Source: Chloroflexota bacterium
GTDB taxonomy: Bacteria; Chloroflexota; Limnocylindria; Limnocylindrales; CSP1-4
DNA length: 24,000 bases
Assembly (NCBI GenBank): GCA_041691435.1
Contig: JBEPUS010000001.1
Location: 5,274 to 29,273, forward strand
Direction of reading: 5' to 3'
Position 1 is the first letter of the stretch, and each line of letters opens with the position of its first letter. The notes under the pieces are model-generated. The model saw nothing but the letters and a program-made list of their open reading frames with translations, did no database searches and was not told where the DNA came from. The position numbers and the translations under genes are program-made. Positions 9,717-18,163 of the stretch are shown one piece after another.

Positions 9717-9740
9717 AGCGCAGCAATCCCAGGCTGCGCT
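9717..9740. terminator. Terminator-like stem-loop between convergent genes
   Basis: AGCGCAGC-AATCCCAG-GCTGCGCT, an 8-bp perfect stem between araA (+) and the small reverse-strand ORF. No strong U tract. Confidence 0.35.
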
Positions 9741-9748
9741 TGCCGACC

Positions 9749-9838
9749 TCAGATGTGGATGACGCCCAGGACGAGCAGGACGATGATCACGATCACGATG
9801 ACACCGATGATCCCGACGCCACCATTTCGGCTGTTCAT
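9749..9838 (-). CDS. Single-pass small membrane peptide (29 aa)
   Basis: MNSRNGGVGIIGVIVIVIIVLLVLGVIHI, with GCGGAGGATTC immediately before the ATG (GGAGG Shine-Dalgarno). Confidence 0.6.
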   Translation of the reverse strand: MNSRNGGVGIIGVIVIVIIVLLVLGVIHI

Positions 9839-9966
9839 GAATCCTCCGCGCCCGCACTGCTGTCGTCGAGGTCGACCGACATGACCTGGGGCGCAGGTGC
9901 AGCGTACGCGACCACGATCCGTCAGGAAATGGGGCGCAGACAATTCACGCTCATCCCGCGACCGAA

Positions 9967-10170
9967 TCAGCGGATGAGCTGGACCATCGCTCCGCTGGAT
10001 AGCCCGCCGCCGCTGGCCGTCGAGAACGCGAGCCCCAGCCGCCGAAGCTCCGCTCCGAGCCGGGCAGGATTGTTCGTCCAGATCGTCTCTCCGGCCATGA
10101 GCACCTCGATGCCTGCGACGCGGCCACCGGCGAGCACGTCGGCGAGCCGGCGGCCCGCGGCGCCTCGCAA
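9967..10170 (-). CDS. Hypothetical protein (67 aa, TTG start directly after the YCII stop codon)
   Basis: Same-strand ORF contiguous with the YCII gene. No recognised domain. Confidence 0.3.
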   Translation of the reverse strand: MRGAAGRRLADVLAGGRVAGIEVLMAGETIWTNNPARLGAELRRLGLAFSTASGGGLSSGAMVQLIR

Positions 10171-10527
10171 TTAGGCGATGGGCACGATCGGCCGGATCTC
10201 GACTCCGCCGTGGGGCGCAGTCGCTTCCGGGATCTGGGCTGCAAGGGCGATTGCCTCGTCGATATCGGCAGCTTCGAGCAGGTAGTAGCCGCCCACGATC
10301 TCCTTGGTCTCCAGGAAGGGGCCGTCGGTCACGGACGCCTTGCCGGATCTACCTGCTCGCAGGCTGACCGCGCGCTTCGTGGGCTCGAGCTCGTCGGCGC
10401 CCAAAATGGCCGGGCCGGCCGACGCAATGAACGCCTGGTGCCGGACCGCATTTGCCTGATGCCACGCTGCGGGCGCTTCGGCCCAGGTCCGCTCGTTGCC
10501 GTAGATGAGGACCAGATAGTTCGCCAT
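10171..10527 (-). CDS. YCII-related domain protein
   Basis: MANYLVLIYGNERTW...VTDGPFLETKEIVGGYYLLEAADIDEAIALAAQIPEA...GGVEIRPI, with the DGPF(x)E(T)KE(x)(x)GGY motif. Confidence 0.92.
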   Translation of the reverse strand: MANYLVLIYGNERTWAEAPAAWHQANAVRHQAFIASAGPAILGADELEPTKRAVSLRAGRSGKASVTDGPFLETKEIVGGYYLLEAADIDEAIALAAQIPEATAPHGGVEIRPIVPIA

Positions 10528-10623
10528 GGAATCACCTTCAGCATGCAGGCTCGGGGCGAGCCAGGTTCACTTCGTCGACGAATTGAGCACGTCAAGATCG
10601 ACATGTTCGCTCCATCGTCATCG

Positions 10624-12111
10624 TCAGCTGCCGGGTAACGCGAAGAGGCAGACCTGTGCGCCGCCCCACGCCACGCACGCGACCGCGCGTCGGGCGGCCC
10701 AGGCTGCCGGGTGGAGATCGACCCAGCTGGGCGTATCCCCGGACTGCCCTGGAGCGGCCACCACCCAGCGAACGCCGCGGCTCGTATAGAGGTCACCCGC
10801 ATTCACCTTGCCGCCGGCCCAGACAATCAGCGTCGTCGCGCGGGCCGTCATGGCCAGAAGCGGCGAGTAGGCGCCCTGGACGACGGCGCCCGCCGGCAGG
10901 ACGACCGCGATGTGCGCCTGGTCGGATTGCATCGTGCTCGGCGTCACGGTCATCCAGTGCACGTCGAGCAGCAGGCCGGGCGCCACCAGGGCGCCCAGAA
11001 CGAGGGCCAACACGAGAGTGCGAGCCCGGCGAGGAGCGCGCCGCGGTATCCCGGTTCTGGCGATGACCGCAGATCCGAGCCCCACGATGGCGGCTAGCGC
11101 CGGGAGGAGTGGGACCACATAGCGGTTCGGCCGGTAGGCCACGAGGAACAGGATCCCGAAGCCAGTGACGAGCCAGCAAATCGACAGCACCATGAGACGC
11201 CGCTCGGATGTCGAGAGGCGAGACCAGTGGGCGACGCCAACGGCCGCGGCGATCATGGCGCCAACCAGTAGCGGCGCGGCCAGGGGCCACGCACCATCGC
11301 TGTGAACGAGATACCCCGCCACACGCTTCAGCAGGTCGCCCGGCGACGCGGGCAGCGGTTCGGGTGGGAGTGTCGAAAGCACCGCCGGCAGCTGGCCCAG
11401 GTTGGGCAGCCCTACGACAATGAGCCAGCCGAGGCCGCAGAGCCCCAAGCCGGTCACGCAGCCGACCAGCCAGCGGCGTTCGCATGGATCTCGGATCGCC
11501 ATGATCAGCGCCCCTGCCAGGATGCCACCGCCCGAAACGATGGCGCTCGCCTTCGTCCCGATTGCCAGGGCGAGGGCAATTCCGGCAAGGACGCCCAGAC
11601 CGAAGCGGCGATCGGGATCCCCGCGAACCGCGAGCAGGAGAACCATCACGAGAAAGAGGGTCTCGACCGGTTCGAGGAACGCCAGGCGACCGTAGTACAG
11701 GACGAGCGTCGAAGTGCCGAACGCCAGTGCCGCAACCAGCGCCGGCCCGCGGCCAACGATCGTGCGGAGGCCGATGGCGATCACGGCCACCGTCAGCCCA
11801 GTTGCGAGAATCGCCACGATGCGGGCCTGCACGATCCCAATGCCGAGAACGCCAAAGGCCGCGGCGACGGCCAGGCTGAACGGCGCGGTGATGAGCTGCA
11901 GGTTGTAGTCGTCGGTTGACCATCGCCCGAGCAGGACGAGGTTGCGGGCGTTCACGACATGCCAGGCCTCGTCCGTGAACGGGCTCGCGCTTGCGGTCAC
12001 GCCCGTTGGCGGGTCGACGCGCACGAACCCGAGCAGGAGAAGTCCAACCCCCGCCGCCGCGATCATTCCGGGCAGCCAATCGGCGGCCTTCGAAGCTGCC
12101 CTGCTGTGCAC
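10624..12111 (-). CDS. Polytopic glycosyltransferase family 39/ArnT-like membrane protein
   Basis: 495 aa. SPFTDEAWHVVNARNLVLLGRW is an acidic loop motif of the GT-C/PMT-like fold, followed by many TM helices. GTG start. Confidence 0.8.
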   Translation of the reverse strand: MHSRAASKAADWLPGMIAAAGVGLLLLGFVRVDPPTGVTASASPFTDEAWHVVNARNLVLLGRWSTDDYNLQLITAPFSLAVAAAFGVLGIGIVQARIVAILATGLTVAVIAIGLRTIVGRGPALVAALAFGTSTLVLYYGRLAFLEPVETLFLVMVLLLAVRGDPDRRFGLGVLAGIALALAIGTKASAIVSGGGILAGALIMAIRDPCERRWLVGCVTGLGLCGLGWLIVVGLPNLGQLPAVLSTLPPEPLPASPGDLLKRVAGYLVHSDGAWPLAAPLLVGAMIAAAVGVAHWSRLSTSERRLMVLSICWLVTGFGILFLVAYRPNRYVVPLLPALAAIVGLGSAVIARTGIPRRAPRRARTLVLALVLGALVAPGLLLDVHWMTVTPSTMQSDQAHIAVVLPAGAVVQGAYSPLLAMTARATTLIVWAGGKVNAGDLYTSRGVRWVVAAPGQSGDTPSWVDLHPAAWAARRAVACVAWGGAQVCLFALPGS

Positions 12112-12119
12112 CAGCTGGA

Positions 12120-13082
12120 CTAGTGAACGCGGGGCAGGGCGAGGCGGAACGTAGAGCCGCTGCCGGGCTGACTGGCCGCCGTGAGGTGGCCGCCTGACCG
12201 CTCTGCAAGGCTGCGGGCAATCGCCAGGCCAAGGCCATTGCCCGCGGGGCTGCCAGCATCGGCTCGCACCCGGTAGAACGGCTCGAAGATCCGGTCCAGG
12301 TCGGGCGAGGCGATCCCCGGGCCACGGTCGGCAACCTCGACGATCGCCTCGCGGTCCGTGGCAGACATTGTGACCTGGACTGCCACCGACGGCCCCCCGT
12401 AGCGCACGGCATTGTCGAGAAGGTTGAGCAGAATTCGATCGCAGCTGTCCGGCTCGCCACGAACCCGGAGGTCGGGCACGAGGTTCACCCGGATGGGCTC
12501 GGAGCCCGGGTGTGCCGTGCGAAATGTCCCGATGGCCTCGGCCACCGCCACCGATAGGTCGAATGGCTCGCGCACCGGGTTCATGAGCCGGTCGCCGGTG
12601 CTCGCGAGGACGAGCAGATCGTTCGTGATCTTCGTCAGTCGCTCGGCCGCGGCGATGATCCGGACCATGTCCGCCCGAAGGTCAGCGGGCCGCACGCTCG
12701 GCTCCAGACCACTCTCCGCGGTTGCCCGAATCGCAGCCAGCGGCGTGCGCATCTCGTGCGAGGCATCGGCGACGAAGCGCCGCTGACGCGCATGTGCATC
12801 ACGAATCGGTCGCAGGGTTCGATTGGCAAGGACCCAGGCGACACCGCCCACGAGTCCGATCGTGAGCACATTCGCAACGACCAGGGCAATCCCCACGCGT
12901 TGGAGCGCGACCTGGTAGGCAAGCCCCGCCGCCTGTGTCGAGGAGAGGTCCGGCGCGACATCGAACGCCGGCCCCAACACCGTCCGGAACGCGACGTAGA
13001 AGATGATGCTGAAGAGCCCGAACACCAACGCAAACAGCGTGAGATACAGGAGGGTGAGGCGACGGCGCGCGCGCTGGAACAT
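12120..13082 (-). CDS. Two-component sensor histidine kinase
   Basis: Two TM segments; FVADASHEMRTPLAAIR (H box); LLNLLDNAVRYG (N box); VADRGPGI (G1) and GNGLGLAIARSLAERSGG (G2). Confidence 0.95.
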   Translation of the reverse strand: MFQRARRRLTLLYLTLFALVFGLFSIIFYVAFRTVLGPAFDVAPDLSSTQAAGLAYQVALQRVGIALVVANVLTIGLVGGVAWVLANRTLRPIRDAHARQRRFVADASHEMRTPLAAIRATAESGLEPSVRPADLRADMVRIIAAAERLTKITNDLLVLASTGDRLMNPVREPFDLSVAVAEAIGTFRTAHPGSEPIRVNLVPDLRVRGEPDSCDRILLNLLDNAVRYGGPSVAVQVTMSATDREAIVEVADRGPGIASPDLDRIFEPFYRVRADAGSPAGNGLGLAIARSLAERSGGHLTAASQPGSGSTFRLALPRVH

Positions 13083-13834
13083 CAGGTTGCCGTATCGGGC
13101 GCGCTGCGCAGGCGGTACCCAGATCCTCGAACCGTCTCAATCAGCCCGTTACGCCGCCCCTCGTCCACCTTGCGTCGAAGGCTACGGATGTACACCTCGA
13201 CGACATTCGATTCGGCCACGAAGTCGGCGTTCCAGAGGGCATCCAGCAGTCGATCCTGGGTGAACAGTTGACCGGCGTTGCTCGCGAGCAGCTCAAGGAG
13301 GGCGAATTCCCGGGTCGTGAGCAGGATCTCACGACCCGATCGCGTGACCCGCATTTCCGCCGGCAAGAGGACGAGATCGCCCACGCTGATCGAGGCGGCG
13401 CGCTCCGTGCCGAGCCGTCGTCGCAGGGCGCGGAGCCGGGCACGGAGCTCCGCAACGGCGAATGGCTTGGCGAGATAGTCATCGGCTCCCTGGTCGAGGC
13501 CGTTTACGCGGTCCTCGATGCTGTCCCTGGCCGTCAGCATCAGGATCGGCGCTGTGAACCGCGCCGCCCGCAGGCGTCTGCACACCTCGAACCCGTCGAG
13601 GCTGGGCAGGAGCACGTCGAGGATGACCAGGTCATACCGATACGTGTCGACCCAGCGCAGCGCCTCCAGTCCGTCGCCCACGATGTCGACCGCATGGCCA
13701 TCTGAGGCCAGGACCACCTTCAGGCCGTCGGCGATGGCGGCCTCGTCTTCCACGACCAGGATTCGCAGCTCGCTTCTCCCAGGCTCGGCCACTTCAGCGA
13801 CAGGCTGCACCGAGGGTGATCCTAGCCCCGTCAT
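13082..13834 (-). CDS. OmpR/PhoB-family response regulator
   Basis: RILVVEDEAAIADGLK, YDLVILDVLLPSLDG, DYLAKPFAVAELRARLRAL receiver motifs, and a winged helix containing LTTREFALLELLASNAGQLFTQDRLLDALW. Overlaps the kinase start. Confidence 0.96.
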   Translation of the reverse strand: MTGLGSPSVQPVAEVAEPGRSELRILVVEDEAAIADGLKVVLASDGHAVDIVGDGLEALRWVDTYRYDLVILDVLLPSLDGFEVCRRLRAARFTAPILMLTARDSIEDRVNGLDQGADDYLAKPFAVAELRARLRALRRRLGTERAASISVGDLVLLPAEMRVTRSGREILLTTREFALLELLASNAGQLFTQDRLLDALWNADFVAESNVVEVYIRSLRRKVDEGRRNGLIETVRGSGYRLRSAPDTAT

Positions 13835-13860
13835 CGTTCCACGTCAGGTGCAGAGCCCGC

Positions 13861-13980
13861 CTACCGGCGATGGCGCAGGAGGAGCCAGCCGCCAACGATC
13901 ACGACGGCCATGACCGCCGCCGCGATCAGCAGCTGCCTGCTGGCAATCGTGAAGCCCAGGACAACGATCGCGGGATTCAT
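13861..13980 (-). CDS. Small single-pass membrane peptide (39 aa) upstream of the two-component operon
   Basis: MNPAIVVLGFTIASRQLLIAAAVMAVVIVGGWLLLRHRR, with GGAG 5 nt before the ATG. Ends 26 nt before the response regulator start. Confidence 0.55.
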   Translation of the reverse strand: MNPAIVVLGFTIASRQLLIAAAVMAVVIVGGWLLLRHRR

Positions 13981-14074
13981 GTTGGGCTCCAGTCGGCCAT
14001 CAGGAGGCGATGGCTCCCGCTGGAGGGGATGCGGTCTCGGCACCGGGAGCCATCCCGGAAACGTTGACGACCGA

Positions 14075-14115
14075 ACCTGAGGGGTACCTGAGCGCTATCG
14101 CGCCGTTCACCTGAC
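14075..14115. promoter_or_regulatory. Candidate response-regulator binding direct repeats
   Basis: ACCTGAG (14075) N4 ACCTGAG (14086), an 11-bp period. Related ACCTGAC at 14109. Located between divergent genes and upstream of the peptide-RR-HK-GT operon. Confidence 0.4.
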
Positions 14116-14169
14116 GCTCATCTTCGATGGCTAGGCTCAGCTGCCTCACCACTTCGCCAGGCGCTATGA

Positions 14170-15168
14170 GTTTCTGCCCTGCCTGACCAACGCGAGCGAC
14201 GCCGCTGGCTTCGGTTCATCGGCCTCAGCGCGCTCGGAGCGATCCTCGGGCTCGTCGCGTCCTTGCCACCCTTCGCGTCGATCGGGCACGGGCCGCCCGC
14301 GGCCTTCAAGGGTGCTCCGTCGCTCCCGGTTGCTGATTCGCCAGTGCCGGCGACGACCGACACCCTGCCGGCCAGCTCCGCCCGTCGAGTGTGGCTGATC
14401 GTCATGGAGAACAAGGAGGATTCGACGGTCGTGGGCAGCCCCGACGCTCCCTACCTGAACGGGCTGGTCGCGAAGTACGGCCTGGCGACGAACTTCTACG
14501 CGACCGGCCACCACTCCCTGCTCAATTACATCGCCCTCGTCGCGGGCTCAACCCTGGGCGTGACCACCGATTCCCCGCAGAGGCTCATCGGACCAACCAT
14601 CTTCAGCCAGCTGTCGGCCCGCGCCGAGCCCTGGCGGGTTTACGCCCAGGACGATCCGTCGGGCTGCTTCACGGGAATCCGGCAGGACGGCGGAGTCGAC
14701 GGACCGGGCGGTGCGGGTGCGTATGTACGGCGGCACAACCCGGCGATCAACTTCACGGCCATTGCCGATGATCCGGCCCAGTGCGCGAACATCGAGGCGC
14801 TCCACGGCTTCGATCCAACTGCGGCGCGGTTCGAGCTGATCGTGCCCAACCTGGTCAACGACATGCACGACGGCACGATCGCCCAGGGCGATGCGTTCCT
14901 GGCTGCATTCGTCCCGGAAATCACCGGCAGCCCGGCGTTCACAGCGGGCTCTGTGCTCTTTGTCACATTCGACGAGGGCTCCACCCGTGCGGGTTCATTC
15001 GGTGATGACGGCGGCCACATCGCGACCCTCATGATCGCTCCGGGGATGCAGCCGGGCTATCGCGCAACCGCGTACGCCGACCACCTGAGCCTGCTGCGCA
15101 CCACCGAGAACGTCCTGGGCCTGCCCTGCCTGGCCGGCGCCTGCGCGCGAGAGCCCATCGGATACTGA
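14170..15168 (+). CDS. Phosphoesterase family protein (acid phosphatase/phospholipase C-like)
   Basis: VWLIVMENKEDSTVVG...PYLNGLVAKYGLATNFYATGHHSLLNYIALVAGS...VPNLVNDMHDG...VLFVTFDEGS...GHIATLMIAPG. The open frame extends upstream of the TTG at 14263 through a signal-like helix; the exact start is unresolved. Confidence 0.8.
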   Translation, partial: VSALPDQRERRRWLRFIGLSALGAILGLVASLPPFASIGHGPPAAFKGAPSLPVADSPVPATTDTLPASSARRVWLIVMENKEDSTVVGSPDAPYLNGLVAKYGLATNFYATGHHSLLNYIALVAGSTLGVTTDSPQRLIGPTIFSQLSARAEPWRVYAQDDPSGCFTGIRQDGGVDGPGGAGAYVRRHNPAINFTAIADDPAQCANIEALHGFDPTAARFELIVPNLVNDMHDGTIAQGDAFLAAFVPEITGSPAFTAGSVLFVTFDEGSTRAGSFGDDGGHIATLMIAPGMQPGYRATAYADHLSLLRTTENVLGLPCLAGACAREPIGY

Positions 15169-15445
15169 GCGCCATTTGGCCGGCGGCGGGAGGGCCAACC
15201 GCGGACCGTTGGGCGGTCGACTACGCCACCAGACCAGCGATGACGACGGTCAGGCGAGGATCAACGCCGCCGGTCCCCGCGCCGAGACCATGCACCCGCT
15301 GGGCGTCCAATCCAATCCCCAAACGACGCCCGTCTGACCGAGCGGGGCTGCGCGCAGTCGGGCCCCGCGTTTCGCCTTGCGACGCGCCACAGTCGATTGG
15401 GAGTTCGATCGGTGCCCACTTGATCCGCTGAGCTAGGCTTCGCGT

Positions 15446-15955
15446 GTGAAGGGATCACTCCTGCAGGACGCCTTCGGGCATCACGTGTGGGCTTCCTTAC
15501 AGCTGCTCCAGGCATGCGCTGCCCTGACCGACGAGCAGCTTCAGGAGACAGTCCCCGGAACGTACGGGTCGATCATCGACACGATGCGCCATCTCGTGGG
15601 CGCAGACTACGGCTACCTGTCCGTCCTCGCACCGGGATCGTTCGGCGACCTTGATGAGGAAGCGGCGGACGTCCCCGCCCTGCAAGCCGCGATGCAGGCG
15701 ACCGGGCCGGTCTGGGCCGCGCTTCTCGACCAGGACCTGGATCCTGCGGCCGTTATCGTTCGACACCGGGACGATGGATCCGAGAGTGCCGCGCCGCTCA
15801 CGATCCGGCTCGCCCAGGTCGTTCACCACGGGACGGATCACCGGAGCCAGGTATGTACTGCCTTGACGACGCTCGGCATCGAGCCGCCGGAGATCGACGC
15901 GTGGGCCTATGCGCGCCAGGACGGTCGCCTGGCCGAGACCCCGCCCCGAAACTAG
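15446..15955 (+). CDS. DinB family protein
   Basis: FGHHVWASLQLLQACAALTDEQL...SIIDTMRHLVGADYGYL...RLAQVVHHGTDHRSQVCTALTTLGIEPPEIDAWAYA, with DinB-like His-containing helices. Confidence 0.85.
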   Translation: MKGSLLQDAFGHHVWASLQLLQACAALTDEQLQETVPGTYGSIIDTMRHLVGADYGYLSVLAPGSFGDLDEEAADVPALQAAMQATGPVWAALLDQDLDPAAVIVRHRDDGSESAAPLTIRLAQVVHHGTDHRSQVCTALTTLGIEPPEIDAWAYARQDGRLAETPPRN

Positions 15956-16372
15956 CGATCCCCGTGCTGGTATCCGACGATGACGGCCGGTTTGGTGGTC
16001 GAGACGACGGCACCACGGCTGGCTCGTGCGGGAGACGCTTCGTTAGCGCGGCCCGGGCGGTCCTGACTCGGTCTGATTCTCTGATACCAACATCTCCATC
16101 GTTATCCGGCCAAAACGGAGCTGGCGAAGGACCTGCGACGTGTATCGCGGGTCATCCGGGCACAATCGTGTCGGGCTCGATCGGCAGACCGCGAGCAATT
16201 GTGCCGAGTCGGTCGATGTAGCCGTTCCAGCCCATCCTCGAACGCGCCCCGTCGGACTCCCAACGGCTTCACAGCAGGCGGCAACCCCGCCTGGATCCCG
16301 GCGGTCAGCCGATCACATCGCCGATCCCTACCGCCGTGCAGTCGAGTTGCGACATGGGCTGAGTCATCGCCG

Positions 16373-17179
16373 TCAACCAGACGCGATGTCTCGCCTGCCG
16401 AATGCAATCAAGCCGAAGAGGGCGAACCCAACGGCAGGCAGCGCCAATGCCGCATATCGCCAGAATTCGGTGGGCGTGATCAGTGGATTCCCACCAAGGG
16501 CCCAGTACCAGGGCGACAACTGGCGCCACGGCGCCAGGGCGTCGACGAGGGGGAGCAAGGCAGCCCCGAAGTACCCGGCCAAGGCAACCGCGATCGCAAT
16601 ACCGAGAACCGCTGGCGGACGAGCCATTGCTCCTGCGGTCGCAATCGCGATGGCCCCATGGAAGAGCCCCAGGAGCATGCACAGGATGATCGTCGACAGG
16701 AGGAGACTGACGTCGATTGCCAGGCCCACAAGCCCGTCGGCGACCAGCTGGGCAACGGCCATTGCTGCGGTGATCAGGGTCAACCCGATCAGCACTGCGA
16801 TTGCCCGAGCGAGCAACACGGCCCGGTGGTCGACCGACTGCGCGAGGATCAGCTCCATGCGGCCGCTCGTCTCTTCCGACGCGGTCTGGCCCATGACCAG
16901 GCTGATGGCGGCAAGGGTCAGCAGCAGAGGGATGAATAGTTCGTAGAGGTTGCCGCGAAGGTAGCCGGCAGGCGTGTTGAAGTCCTGGAGCCCGAGGGCC
17001 TGCACCAACCCGCCTGGCAGCTGGTCGATAGCGCTGGAGATACCCGACGTTCCCCTGAACGCCGGCCAGAATGCGACGGTGGCTGCGATCAGGGCAGCAA
17101 GGCCTACCGACCACCACAGGACTGCCCGGCGCATTGCCCGCAGCGGAATCGCGACGAGCTCCGCGAACCTGCCCATCAT
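16373..17179 (-). CDS. ABC transporter permease (ABC-2 type)
   Basis: 268 aa polytopic protein. Overlaps the ATP-binding gene by 4 nt. Contains MGQTASEETSGRMELILAQSVDHRAVLLARAIAVLIG, typical of bacterial ABC-2 exporters. Confidence 0.85.
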   Translation of the reverse strand: MMGRFAELVAIPLRAMRRAVLWWSVGLAALIAATVAFWPAFRGTSGISSAIDQLPGGLVQALGLQDFNTPAGYLRGNLYELFIPLLLTLAAISLVMGQTASEETSGRMELILAQSVDHRAVLLARAIAVLIGLTLITAAMAVAQLVADGLVGLAIDVSLLLSTIILCMLLGLFHGAIAIATAGAMARPPAVLGIAIAVALAGYFGAALLPLVDALAPWRQLSPWYWALGGNPLITPTEFWRYAALALPAVGFALFGLIAFGRRDIASG

Positions 17180-18072
17180 TCGCTCTCCGCGTAAAGATCG
17201 AGAAATGCCTCCTCGAGGTCCGGCTCCTCCACGAGGAGCGTATTGACCCGACAGCGGGCGAGGAACTCGATGAACGGCTGGATTGGACCCGAGAGCGTCG
17301 CGGTGAAGCGCCGATCGTCGAGGAGCGGGTCGACCAAGCCCGACACGGCCGTGAGGGCCTCCGCGGGTGGTGGGTCCTCGAACCAGACTTCAATGCGCTG
17401 GCGAGCGCGGCCCCGGAGGTCAGCGACGGTACCCTCGATCACGACCTTGCCGGCGCGGAGCACGGCAACGCGGTCCGCGGCCCGCTGGACCTCGCTCAGG
17501 ACGTGCGATGAGAGGAAGACGGTGGTCCCGTGAGAACGAGCCTCACGAACGAGTGCCAGGAACTCGTGCTGGATCAGCGGATCGAGGCCGTTCGTCGGCT
17601 CATCGAGCACGAGGAGCTCGGAGCCCGAGACGAATGCCAGGAGCAGCGCCACCTTCCGCCGATTGCCCGTCGACAGGTCGCGAACCTGCCGCTCGAGATC
17701 GAGATCGAGACGCGCGGCGATCTCATCTCGGCGGCGGGAATCGAATCCGCCGCGCAACCGCCCTATGCTCGCGACGAGTTCGAAACCCGTCGTGCGCTCC
17801 GGCAAGCGCAACTCGCCGGGGATGTACCCGATCCTCGCGCGCACAGCGACGCCTTCAGTTGTGGCGTCCACGCCGAAGGCCGTGACGTGCCCGGCCGTTG
17901 GTCGGAGCAGGCCCATCAGACAGCGGAGGGTGGTGCTCTTGCCCGATCCGTTCGGACCAAGCAAGCCGAGCACCTCGCCGCGCACGACCTCGAGATTGAT
18001 CCCCTGGACCGCCTCGATGGCTCCGAAGCGCTTGATGAGGCCGTCGAATCGAACGAGCTTGTCGTCGCTCAT
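17176..18072 (-). CDS. ABC transporter ATP-binding protein
   Basis: Walker A GPNGSGKST, signature LSTGNRRK (variant), Walker B LLVLDEPTNGLDP, H-loop FLSSHVLSEV. ATG at 18072 preferred over the track TTG at 18105. Confidence 0.95.
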   Translation of the reverse strand: MSDDKLVRFDGLIKRFGAIEAVQGINLEVVRGEVLGLLGPNGSGKSTTLRCLMGLLRPTAGHVTAFGVDATTEGVAVRARIGYIPGELRLPERTTGFELVASIGRLRGGFDSRRRDEIAARLDLDLERQVRDLSTGNRRKVALLLAFVSGSELLVLDEPTNGLDPLIQHEFLALVREARSHGTTVFLSSHVLSEVQRAADRVAVLRAGKVVIEGTVADLRGRARQRIEVWFEDPPPAEALTAVSGLVDPLLDDRRFTATLSGPIQPFIEFLARCRVNTLLVEEPDLEEAFLDLYAESE

Positions 18073-18117
18073 CGACCGGTAACGATCACAGCCAAACCAG
18101 CTCAACCTTGCTCTTGG

Positions 18118-18131
18118 TTGTCACGTGACAA
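18118..18131. promoter_or_regulatory. Inverted repeat box 1 (TTGTCACGTGACAA)
   Basis: Perfect 14-bp palindrome 46 nt upstream of the ABC ATP-binding ATG. Shares TTGTC-N4-GACAA with boxes at 19710 and 22629. Confidence 0.65.
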
Positions 18132-18163
18132 TCATATCTCGGGTGCGCCGACCCGGGAGCCTG

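Noticed and set aside
9749-9838. Type I toxin-antitoxin locus
   Set aside because: Peptide size and hydrophobicity fit, but I found no convincing antisense RNA promoter or repeated copy. Kept only as a small membrane protein.
10793-12460. 555-aa reverse-strand ORF across the GT39 and histidine kinase genes
   Set aside because: Out-of-frame shadow of two motif-supported genes; low-complexity Arg/Gly/Pro composition.
16305-17393. 362-aa reverse-strand ORF overlapping the ABC permease
   Set aside because: Same strand but wrong frame relative to the motif-supported permease and ATPase; Arg/Pro/Ser-rich shadow composition.
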